Source: a virus
Reading direction: 5' to 3' (one strand)
Virus record (IMG/VR): IMGVR_UViG_3300024346_000047
Coordinates: 4,405 to 68,404 of that record
Length of the DNA: 64,000 bases
Shown piece after piece: positions 12,101-22,300 of this stretch (position 1 is the first letter of the stretch; every line of letters starts with the position of its first letter). The notes beneath the pieces are model-generated. The model saw nothing but the letters and a program-made list of their open reading frames with translations. It was not told the origin of the DNA and made no database searches. The position numbers were made by a program, and so were the translations under genes.

Positions 12101-13663
12101 ATAGAAGTAGGGAGAGAAGAAGAAAGATACACGGTTAGAGTTCACCAAGGACAAGACACAGATCAGTCACCTATTCAGCCTTCTTTAGAGCCTGCTACAG
12201 GAACTTTTAAAACAGGAGATACGTATTTTAGAAATAGATCAATACCTGTTTCTGACCTTGTAAATGGAAATTACAACAACTTAATAGATTCTAAAAGTTT
12301 TAGTGATTTTTGGTTATCTGAAGTATCAGATATTGGAAGAATAAGTAAAGTAGACTTAGATGCTAAAAGAGTAACTAGACCGACTACTATTTATTATTCT
12401 GAACGATTCATACCTGAAACTAATATAAACGGCTTAAACAGCTTTTATGATGATTCGTTTGAAACTTACGATAGAAATTTTGGAGCTATTAAAAAACTAT
12501 TTTCTTATAATAATAGATTAGATTGTTTTCAAGAATTAAGAGTAAGTAAAATATTAGTAGAGGAAAACGTAATATACGATCAGTTTGATAAAGGAACGAT
12601 AGCGGCAAGTGCAAAAGTATTATCCAAGGAGATTTATTACCAAGGGGAATATGGAACATCTAATCCTGAGAGTTTTGTTTCTAATGAAGGAAGAAGATAT
12701 TTCTTTGATATTAGAAACGGAAAAGTATTAAGATTATCTAATGATGGTCTTACTCCTATTTCGGATAATAAAATGCACAGTTATTTTGAATCTAAAAGTA
12801 ATTTTTATTCAGCATTTAATATTATACCTGAAATATGGGGTACGTTTGATGAGAATTTTGATGAATATATTATTAATTTTGGTGTTGTTACACGAGATGA
12901 AGGATTTACACCTGACGAGTTAGAGTTAGTTAGTTCTCAAGCTGAGGTTGTTACAGAAACTATAGATGGAACTGTTTATACTTTTGTTATAGAATATGGG
13001 GAAAACGAAGAGGGTGTTAATACAGAGTTTACCGTAGTCGAAGATTTATCTAATGGAGTTTATGTGATAAACAGTAACGCAGGAGATATAACTTTAGATA
13101 GACAAAAAATACTATCTATTCCTTCTGAGACTTTAGGTTTTAGTGAAAAAACTAAACATTGGACTTCTTTCTATACTTATCTACCTGAATGTATGGGAAG
13201 AATAGGTATTGATTTTCTAACTTTTAGAAACGGTAGAGCTTATTTACACAATACAAACCATGAAAGAAATACTTTTTACGGAATAGGTTCTTCAAGCGAG
13301 GTTTGGGCGGTATTCAACCAAGACCCAAGTAACAATAAGGTTTATCAATCTTTAAATCAAGAAAGTGATACTGTGTGGGAGGCAAGAGAGATATTAACTC
13401 AGAAAGGTCAAAAAAGTAATCTTATAAAACAAGATTTTGCTGTTGATTATGGAGATGGTCACACACTTTATAGTAGAGAAAACATTCATTCAGCAGCAGT
13501 ATTAAAGGATGAAAATACACCTAATGTTGATATACCTTTAATAGAGGGGGATTCAATGAGAGATGTAAGTATATTGTTTAAGTTAATAAACGAGTCAACG
13601 GATAAAGAAAGGTTATTCGCTTCTAGTGTTAGATACTCTTTATCAGCAAGAACAAACAGGTAG
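9200..13663 (+). CDS. Tail stabilization/muzzle protein (P22 gp10-like)
   Basis: 1487 aa; N-terminal GMDFD..ER, NPPRKINI, GEYGTSNPESF, YFFDIRNGKVLRLSNDGLTPIS, WTSFY motifs. Confidence 0.8.
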   Translation: MGYEKRQFLYGMDFDTEERLIQQGYSRKNVNVRIGSSTDDGVFSAENVQGNTLILNLELPDGENKVIGSFWYHLKNLNYYFVWNSEGNHGIFEYNHVDSLITRVMIAKVLNFSKDYLITGINVVEFDDDNDLLYWSEKSNPPRKININKAKSNGYDLPITEEVIDAIKYPPLCQPTAFFQTDKDQKTNYLIDSIWQFKARYIYDDKEKSAFSPISSQILPNKSCLSDAQGNTIRIVIPKGGELVTRVEIAGRKGNVNDFEQVIDLEVEEYDIDEEGNYIYIFRNDKALKGIPVPESIKLYDNVPQIAGAQEFIANRLMYADVTEGYDNVEVDYELGVSYDEIEDEKPLNTITGHLRIVNNEGAFQPIHKNSSGKVMYGGFSKYGYARNAFAGTNNVVNRASQSLPLKGFVIYLAGTTHHAISFQSPGNNTEIQTNDKYRTYDSSGNSNKGNIRSEMEGSGSNPWGKSRLKSTFKIENVPDGEYILRVASNLTKAIDLADDNLGYQKTSTCVLRIENSFNYNNSGLPIKEIKVKVQGGEVVSDIFITISDGSLKDYNRAVYPSGYLVNTPDPDYNPTSISQALGQVRMDYADLARGSSSTDHNGFFFGGAFTGIVGVVSGGFADYDYKAYLLSDTSTDPAPIDEIEFLRSVYVVNNSNIYNYSKTEGLLRVQDSNGLGLEGVSIVTSRGQTSFTDIDGNAKITFYTNTKIGGSFARKLHIFAYTSGFCGVTFLPSQIKKDVLIGEDFNNTITAEDEPVDLGVINATFLVDPSFSGLKPGGVYRYGLVYYDKANRSGLTNVTTNPELSVPFYTELENPNIRSVSGTWEIKSLPPEWATHYQWVRTKDTAIDSYIQWYTDNVTYIESETLIEIDITNLTDQYVTNNPSSNLSYGYKEGDRLRLIKNSAGDYFDEYTDLKVVKFETGIITVENLASAPDFREGLMFEVYHPRLDVDEDLYYEVGECYEILEIEVGREEERYTVRVHQGQDTDQSPIQPSLEPATGTFKTGDTYFRNRSIPVSDLVNGNYNNLIDSKSFSDFWLSEVSDIGRISKVDLDAKRVTRPTTIYYSERFIPETNINGLNSFYDDSFETYDRNFGAIKKLFSYNNRLDCFQELRVSKILVEENVIYDQFDKGTIAASAKVLSKEIYYQGEYGTSNPESFVSNEGRRYFFDIRNGKVLRLSNDGLTPISDNKMHSYFESKSNFYSAFNIIPEIWGTFDENFDEYIINFGVVTRDEGFTPDELELVSSQAEVVTETIDGTVYTFVIEYGENEEGVNTEFTVVEDLSNGVYVINSNAGDITLDRQKILSIPSETLGFSEKTKHWTSFYTYLPECMGRIGIDFLTFRNGRAYLHNTNHERNTFYGIGSSSEVWAVFNQDPSNNKVYQSLNQESDTVWEAREILTQKGQKSNLIKQDFAVDYGDGHTLYSRENIHSAAVLKDENTPNVDIPLIEGDSMRDVSILFKLINESTDKERLFASSVRYSLSARTNR

Positions 13664-13711
13664 CATTTTGCTACTTATTTTTAATTAGTTAAATTAGTAA
13701 AAAAGAAAGAT

Positions 13712-14425
13712 ATGGCATTGTCAGCAGTTTTATCAGCAATCCCAGCAGTAGTACAAGCAGGGACAGGTATTTACCAAGCGTATCAAGGGAATAAATTAGC
13801 AAACAGTATGGAGCGTCCAGATTATTCTATACCTCAAGAGGTTTTGGATAATCTAACAGATTCTCAAATCCAAGCTTTACGTGGTCTCCCAGAGGAACAG
13901 CGTCAGCAATACATGGAAAATATTATGAGGTCAGCTCAAACTTCTATATCCGCATTAGGAGATAGAAAAGGAGGTTTAGCTGGTATGTCAAGTGTTCAAC
14001 AACAACAGAATGACGCTTATAAGAATTTACTTTCAATTGATGCTCAAAAACGAGAAGAGAACGAAAGAAACCTACAGGCTACTAGAAATACAATGTCAGA
14101 ATACAAAGATAAGCAGTTTCAAATGAATGAAATGCAACCGTTCCAAGATACAATGGCAGCAGCTGAAGGTATGCAAGGAGCAGGTATTCAGAATATAATG
14201 GGAGGTGTTACATCAGGATCTAAAATGGGATTAGACTATATGAAGTATATGGAATTATTAAACTCTATGGGTTCAGCCGATGTAGGTAAAACAGGTTCAG
14301 CGTTATCTGAAATACCAGGAGGTTCTGGTAAATCTAATGGGTTATTAAAGATGCTACAATCATTTTTAGGCGGAGGCGATCCTTCTAATAGCTCAGGATC
14401 TAATATTTCACTTCCAACTCCCTAA
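13712..14425 (+). CDS. Putative ejection (cargo) protein
   Basis: 237 aa, Q/G/A/M-rich with hydrophobic Gly-rich N-terminus; follows muzzle gene. Confidence 0.55.
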   Translation: MALSAVLSAIPAVVQAGTGIYQAYQGNKLANSMERPDYSIPQEVLDNLTDSQIQALRGLPEEQRQQYMENIMRSAQTSISALGDRKGGLAGMSSVQQQQNDAYKNLLSIDAQKREENERNLQATRNTMSEYKDKQFQMNEMQPFQDTMAAAEGMQGAGIQNIMGGVTSGSKMGLDYMKYMELLNSMGSADVGKTGSALSEIPGGSGKSNGLLKMLQSFLGGGDPSNSSGSNISLPTP

Positions 14426-14430
14426 TTAAT

Positions 14431-14652
14431 ATGTACAACAACGACCTAGGAATATATAAAAATTATAAAAGGATTAAATCTCAACAAGAATTGATGAATC
14501 CTAAGAACGCTATGCCTCAACAGCCGATAGCTAATCAACCAGTAGTAGAAGAACCAAAGAAGTTTACTCCTGAAGATAAAATGAGGTATGATGAACTGAA
14601 GAATAAGATTGCAATGCAACAAGGAAATTTAAACACAAAAGGAAATAAGTAA
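14431..14652 (+). CDS. Small hypothetical protein
   Basis: 73 aa ORF coupled to the next gene. Confidence 0.5.
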   Translation: MYNNDLGIYKNYKRIKSQQELMNPKNAMPQQPIANQPVVEEPKKFTPEDKMRYDELKNKIAMQQGNLNTKGNK

Positions 14653-16328
14653 TGGCTGATCCGTTAGGAATATCAACAGGACAAGGAAAAGGTAGAGCGC
14701 AAGTATTTGGTGATACTTATAACGACTACTTTGCTGAAAAAGTTAAGACAGGTACTGAAGAGAAGAAAGTTCAACAAGAAGAACTAGCTAAACTTCAAGC
14801 TGCTGATGGTTTATGGGATAGAGATAACGAATTATTTAAGCCAAAAATAGAAGCTCTAAGGAAGTATTATAGGGAAAACGCACGAAACATAATCAAAGGT
14901 GATTTCGATGCTACTACTAACTTACAAGCTATGAAAGATGACCTCACACAATTCATAGGGTCATCTAAAGCATCTAAAGAATTTTACATAGATCTGAAAA
15001 AGAAGATTGCATCAGATCCTGGGAAATACTCTGACGCTACTAAAGCTAGAATGGATGAGTACCAAAGAACAGGAGGGAGATTTGATAATGATATCGCTTT
15101 CGCTTCTAAGTACAACGCAAAAGATACTATTGATAGTTTATCAGATAAAGTAAAGTCAGCAGGTTATGACTTAGATAATATTACTTACGGAACAGACCCA
15201 AGTGGTAAGACTTACATGATTGATAAGTCAGGTCAAAAAGTAGACATAGATAAAATGGTGGATAGTGTTATATCAGCCGAGGATTCTTTCTATGGGGATA
15301 AACAAGTTTCGGAATATTGGAATCAACCAGGAAGAAGAGATCAGCTTAAAGAGGCTTTAACAAGTCTGGAGGGTGAGAAGAGAAGTACTAAATATTCTCC
15401 TGTTATATCATCTTATGACAGAGGACAAGGGGATAAAAAAGATTTAGCTACTATACTTATAAATGACAACTGGCACGCTAGGAATTACATTCCTGACGTA
15501 ACAGAGGCTGTTTTAGATAAAATAGTAGAAAGCGTCAGTAGTCTAAAGAGTGCGGTTCACACTAACTCTAGTAAAGACTTACAAGCTAAGTACCCTGGAT
15601 CAGGAGGAGTTGTGTTTTCAACTGTCGATAATAAAGGTGCTGTTAAAGAAGAGTTTATACCTTCAAAAGATTATAACAGGTTTTTAAAAAAGCTTCAAAA
15701 CACAAAAGAGTATAATTCTTTAAAGGGGTATGATTTGTCTAAGATAGATGAATACACTCCTACAAAAGAAGAGTTAGCTTATCAAGAAGATAAAGGTAAC
15801 GTTTACGACCCAACAGAGGTTTATGATAAAGATATAAATGATTATGCTACTGTTTTAGGTGGTACTCCTTCTGCAACAGAGCCTGCCACAATTAGGGTTC
15901 TGCAATCATTAGGGATTACAGGAAAATCTCAGACAGAGCTACTTAAGAAGTATGCTAACATAAACAGCCCTCAAGCTCAGGATTTTATTAATTTAATTAA
16001 ACCTGATTTAATTAAAAAATCACAACGTATACCTATACGTAATAACGACCCTGAAGGTGGTGGGTCTCTAGTAGGTGGTAAACTTAAAAATGTAAAAATA
16101 GACGACAATGTAATGACGTTTTATTTTAAAGACTCCACAGGTAAAGCAGTAAAAGGAGATTACAACCGAATAGATTACACTAAAAAAGATAATGAAGAAT
16201 TTAACGTAACTAATATTCTTAGGGAGTTATTAAAAAAAGGAGGAACTAAAGTTAAAGTTGAAGAAGAATCCGTATCTTCGGAAAAGAAACCTCTTAATAA
16301 AGGTGATATAAACGACTTACCTGATTAA
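14652..16328 (+). CDS. Putative ejection (cargo) protein
   Basis: 558 aa helical protein in cargo-gene position. Confidence 0.55.
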   Translation: MADPLGISTGQGKGRAQVFGDTYNDYFAEKVKTGTEEKKVQQEELAKLQAADGLWDRDNELFKPKIEALRKYYRENARNIIKGDFDATTNLQAMKDDLTQFIGSSKASKEFYIDLKKKIASDPGKYSDATKARMDEYQRTGGRFDNDIAFASKYNAKDTIDSLSDKVKSAGYDLDNITYGTDPSGKTYMIDKSGQKVDIDKMVDSVISAEDSFYGDKQVSEYWNQPGRRDQLKEALTSLEGEKRSTKYSPVISSYDRGQGDKKDLATILINDNWHARNYIPDVTEAVLDKIVESVSSLKSAVHTNSSKDLQAKYPGSGGVVFSTVDNKGAVKEEFIPSKDYNRFLKKLQNTKEYNSLKGYDLSKIDEYTPTKEELAYQEDKGNVYDPTEVYDKDINDYATVLGGTPSATEPATIRVLQSLGITGKSQTELLKKYANINSPQAQDFINLIKPDLIKKSQRIPIRNNDPEGGGSLVGGKLKNVKIDDNVMTFYFKDSTGKAVKGDYNRIDYTKKDNEEFNVTNILRELLKKGGTKVKVEEESVSSEKKPLNKGDINDLPD

Positions 16329-16345
16329 ATAAAACAAGATATAAT

Positions 16346-19300
16346 ATGCCAAATAACTTATCAGTAAACCTACCTGAATACGGATCATATACTAAAGAAC
16401 AATTAGTAGATAAGTACGGGGAAGGATGGGAGAACAGGGTTAACGATTTAAACGGATCTGTATCTCTAGAGGGGTACGGTGAGTATTCTGTATCTGATCT
16501 TAGGAACAAGTATGGTGACGATTGGGAAAACAGAGTAGATTTAATCAATAATCCTAAAAAAAAAGAACAAGAGGAACAGGTTCAAGAAGATTCGGAATCA
16601 GTTTCGGAAGATGGTTCTTTGGAATCACAAGAAGTAACTGAGGAAGTAGATTATAGTCAGGTTAAAAAACCTGAAGATTATCAGTTTAAAACTCAAAACG
16701 AACTAGAGTTAGAGGCTATAGAAAAACAGCAATCAGAACTTGTTGATATATCGGATGAGGCTTTATTAAAAATAGAAGAGGATAGAAAAGCAGCGTCTAA
16801 AGATCAAAGGTTAGAGTTAGAAGAAGCAGTTTCTTATGTAGGAGCTAACCTTACTGATGATCAGTTATTATCTAAAAGCACTCAAGATTTAGCGGATGAA
16901 TTAGATACTGATATATATTCTTCGGATTTAAACTTTGCTTTAAAAGGAAGGAAGAATGATATTATAAACGCTAGAACTAAAGAGTATTCAGAGGAAGTAA
17001 AAAAATCACAAATAGATTCTTTATTATCTGAGGGATTACCTCAAGCAGAAGCGGATAGTATTTACGCTAGTACTAAAAAAGATGATTTATTAAAGTCAGG
17101 TATAAAGGTATTAGGTTTAGATGAAGAAGAGGTTTTAAAGTATAGTGATTTTATTACAGAGTACTACACACTTAGAAATAAAGGATCAGAAAGAACAGAC
17201 GAAGAAAATATAAAGCTAGTAGGGTTAGGCGAAGAGATAAAGAACCTAAGAGAGGATATGAACGCTAAGGAGTTTATTAATCCCGAAACAAATAACATCG
17301 ATCAAGAAAAAGCAGAGGAGTCTATTAATCTTGTCCTTAAGTACGAGAAAGAATTAAAAACAGATCAACAAAAGTTTTCAGAAAGATACTCATCAGAGAG
17401 AGATAAGTTAAAATATCTAGAGAAAGAACTTTTATCAATGTTTGATGAAGGATCAGGTAAGGATGGAATAACTCGATCTTCTGTGATAGAAGACATACCT
17501 TCGGTATTAAAAGGTGGTGGGGTTTTGGATAATATTTACATGAGAGACGAAGCTGAAGAGGCTGTAAATAAATACAAATCATTATACGAAGAATACGAAG
17601 ACACTAAATCTAACTTCAGCGCATTAAGTAGAGCTTTGTTGTTAAATGAAGATCCAGCTTCTGTATCAAGAGGTTTAGGAGAATCTGATATTCCATATCT
17701 AGGAGCAGTGATGAACGTTATAGGTAACGTTATTACAGCAGGGGGAGAGTCTTTAATTGAGGAGTCTACAGGTTTTAATGTACAAACGGATTCAGACTTC
17801 GCTAGTAAGATTGTACAAATAGCTAATGAAGAAGGTGTTAAGGTTACTCCTGAGCAAGCTGAAAGAGCTATACCAGAGTTTAGTGAGCAATTAGGATCAG
17901 GGATTGGAGCTTCTTTACCAATGATGTCTGACATTATTATAAATACTGTAATCGGTAATAAAATTAAAGGAGTGTTAGGAGTGCCTAAATTCTTCTCTAA
18001 ACTAGAGTATTTAAAAAAATCTCCAAAGATAACTAAGTTATTAGATAATACATTAGAAGCTACTCAGCAAGCTTTAGTTTTTGAGTTCTCAGAGGGAGGT
18101 TCAGCAGCAATGGGGGTAGGAGAGTTTTTAGGAGAGAAAGGTTTTGAAAAAGCCATCTCTAAATTAGGAGGTAAATACGGGAAAGTGTTTAAGTTGTTAG
18201 GTAAAACTTTGTCAGCAGGTGTAGGTGGTACATTCGGGGAGTACGGAGGAGATTTAGCAGAACAAAGCTTTAAGCATGGTTTACTAACTAAGGCTTCTTT
18301 TAGAGAGACATTTGGAAGAGACTATAATGAAGGCTTAGATAAGCTGATTCTTACAGGGGTTATTTCTACCATTATGGGTGGTGGTTCTCAAGTAGGTTCT
18401 TTCTTGTCAGATAGTAAGGCTTATTATGAATCGATAGGAGACACACAAAGAGTAGGGGATATTCAGCAATTGATTGATGCTAATAAAGCTAATGATTTAG
18501 CGGCTAGAGTAAAATCAGGAGAAGCTACAATAGAAGAGTTGGAATCTGTCTTAGGCTCAGGTAAAGATAAACCTAAGAAGTTAGACGATATGTCTAAAGA
18601 GGAGTTGGATGCTTATGCTAAAGAGAACGATATAGAATTAGAAGAAATAGAAAAGACATTAACACCTGAAGAAACAGAAGAGGAAGTTGTACCAGAAGAA
18701 GAAATAGAAAAGACATTAACACCTGAAGAAACAGAAGAGGAAGTTGTACCAGAAGAAGAAATAGAAAAGACATTAACACCTGAAGAAACAGAAGAGGAAG
18801 TTGTACCAGAAGAAGAAATAGAGGAAGAAGAAAAACCTAAAACAAAAGATCCTGAAGATAATACATTAACTCTTGAAGAAGAAGTTGTAGAAGAACCTAT
18901 TACAGAACCTGACACAATTAGTGAAGAAGAAATAGAAGAGTCAGAGGAGGTGGAGAGCATCCCTAAAGAGGAAGCGGTAGAAAAAATAACACAGAAAGAA
19001 TCACTAGTAGTTGATTCAGAAGAGAGTAAGGAGAACAAGGAGGATATTTTTACTCCATCAGACTTAGAAGAGTTAAACCCTAAAGCAAAACTACTAGTAG
19101 AAAAATCAATTAACTCTTTAGAAAACACAAAGAAACAATTAGCTGAATCTATTAGGAAGAAAGACACTTTATCTATAAAAGAGAACACCTCTAGAATTGG
19201 CAGATTAGAAGTTTATTTAAAAAAACAAAAGCAGAACCTAATAAAGAAGAAGAAGGCAGAAGTTAAACGTATAGAAAGACAAGAGTTAAAAGCTAAAAAA

Positions 19301-22300
19301 GAAGCCTCTAGATTAGAAGAAGAAAGACAAATAAGGGAGTCAAAATCTAGTACGCTATCAAAAGTTAAATCCAAATGGGCTTCAGAACACTCTAAAGAGA
19401 CTAAAGGGGAGTCGTTTGAATTAGAAACCGAAGGAAGTGATAATATCGGTCTGATAGAAGGTTATGATTCAAGAACTGGTTCTGTTATTTACGGTGCTTA
19501 CAAAAATGGAAATAGAACTAGAGTTGGGATATCTTCTTACAAAGGTGATCTTTTTACAGAGGGTGAGGTTGCTAAATTAAAAAAACTAGAGCAAGAGTTA
19601 AGAGATCAGGACTTGGAAAATTCTAAGAAAGGAAGTCCTTTCGATTTAAAAGAATCAGATGTAGTGTCTACACCAAGTGTCTCAGAAGGTAACAATATAC
19701 TTGTAAAAGCTTTAAAGAAAGCTTTCGGATTGGATGGTGTTAAGATATTAATTACTACAGATTCAGATTTAACTAATGAGGTTTTTGAAGAGTATAATCT
19801 AACGGGAGATTACGGAAAAGTAAGAAGTGCTAAACTTAACTCTGCTGAAAAACAAACAAGAGGTGTAACGTCTAGAATTAAAGAAGGAGAACATTATATC
19901 TATGTAGATGAATCTTTAACCCCTGAGCAACAAGCAGTAGTTTTATCTCATGAATTTGGGCATATACTTCAGAAGGAAAAATTTAATAAGTTATCAGAAA
20001 CAGAGCAACAGTTAGTTAAAGATGAATATAATAAATGGTACGCTAGTTTAACAGGTAAAACCTTAAAGGAGGTAAGAGAAGAGGTTAGCGATGTTTCTAT
20101 GTGGGAGATAATGAATGATACAGACTCTGTATTTAATCCTAACCAAAGGTTTGATAGATACTTATCTTCTTTTTCTGAGTGGTTCGCAGATAACGTATCT
20201 AAATATGTGTCTTCTTCTGAAAAACCTAAGAGTGCTTTAGATAAGTTCTTTTATGATATTTATTCAGCTTTGAAGAAGATATATACGTCTTTTAAAAAGA
20301 AGAATAAAAAATTCCCTAAATTCGAAGAGTGGTTGGACTCAGTATTCGACCCTGTGAAAGCTGAGGAAGTTTTAGAAGAGTATAGTGTTCAGAAATCTAA
20401 AAGTGGTTTTAGTAAAACAGAGCTTCAAAACAAAGCGGACACTTTAGCGGATAAATCTAAAAAAGAATACGACAAGCAAAAAACTCAAGGTAAAAACTCT
20501 AAGCAAGCAGCAGAAGAGACTTTCAGAAAAGTGTTTAAAAATGCTTCTTGGTTTAATAAATTATCAAAAGTAGATCAAGCTTCAGTGGAGGCAGATTTTA
20601 ATAACAGATTAGTTGAAACTTTTGAAAACCCTAATCCAGCAAAGAATCAAAAAGGTAAACCTCCTAAACCTAAAGATACTTCAGATAAAGTAGTTACTAC
20701 TGTAATGAAGCAATTAAAAGAAAAATGGAAGAACCAAGATAAAGGTATTACTGAAGGTAAGAGAGAGGCTTTAAAAACAGTAAAAGAATCTCAAGCTGAA
20801 TTTCAAAAAGACTTAAACGAGGTTACTAAGTATCTTTCTGAAAGTAAGAGAAAAAGAGCAGAGCTATTACTAAGAAAAGTAAAAGATCAGAAATCTTTAG
20901 AAGAATCTAGAGCAGCTTTAGATGCCTTGGTTTCAGATAAGCAAGTTTATGTAACAGCTAAAGAATCTGATATAAATGCAGAACTAATAAGAGCTGAAAA
21001 GAAAGCTGAAAAGAATCTAACTATAGAGCAAAGAAAAAGATTAAAAGAAATAACTAAAGATTTAAAAGGAAGGTTAAAAGGAAAGGTTAATTTAAGAACA
21101 GCAATCCAAATAGCTAATAAGCTAGCAGGGTTAGATCCTTTTGATATATCTAAGGTTGCAGAATTTGAAAGCTTTGTAAATAACGTAGTAGAAGACACAG
21201 AGTACACTACTAAAAAATCAACAGCTAAAAGTTTACAAACCAAGATTAAGAATAAGTTAAAATCTTTAAACAAACAAGCAGGTAAATCTAAACTAGGTAT
21301 TAGACAGGTTAAAGCAACTGAATTAGCTAAACTTGATATAAACAGAATAGAAGACTTAGAAGCTTTTAATGAAATAGCTGAAAAGGTACTACAATCTTTA
21401 AGTGGTAAACAAGTTTCTTTTGCTGAGGTGTCTAGTCAACTAGATGCTTTAGTTTCTGAAACACAGAAAGCGACTAAAGAATTTAACGAAAAATTAGCTA
21501 AAGAACAAGAAGCTAAAATAAGAGCTGAATACGAAGCTAGTCCTATGAGGGATACTATGTCTTTTGAAAAATACCAAGAGATAGTAGAAGATATAAGACA
21601 AGATGAGTTAACAGCTAAAGCAGAAGCTAAACTAGAAGAGTCATCAGATGAGATGAGATCATGGGTTGCTAATAGAATAGATGTTATTAAGTCTAACCTA
21701 GACGTTATTACTTCAGGTATGACACCTGCTCAGAAAGCTATAATTAAAACTCTTATTAAGGCTAAAGATATTATCTCTAACAAAAGCATAGTAGGTGTTA
21801 AATCTTTAGCGAAGATTAATCAAGCTTTAGATGAGATTATAACTTACAACTCCACTTCAGGGGTTGGTATTATAGATGCAGAGTTAGAAGCTCTAAGAGC
21901 GTCTGTAAATCTAGCGAGAACTCTTAAAGGAAAGTTAGACCCTGGTAATTTTTTAGCTAAGAAAGGTAAAGGGTTTATGAAGATTGTATCTCAAAAATCA
22001 AACCTAACACAATTCTTTAAAGGAATAACAAAAGGAGGAGAAGCTATGAGAAATATAGCTCAGAAAACAGTAGCTAAATTTGAATCGGGTTTTAAAAACG
22101 CTAAAGTTTTACATAAAAAATTCAATACTTCGTTAATAGCTTTAGCTGATGCGTTAGACATTAAAGAAGATCAATCTATAAGAATAGGTATAATCTCAAG
22201 ACTAGAGCAGAATACTCAGGGTTTAACCGAAGAGGAATCTAATTTAGACTTAGAAGAGAAGATTACGGCTATAAAGAACGAGATTAAAACTTTAAAATTA

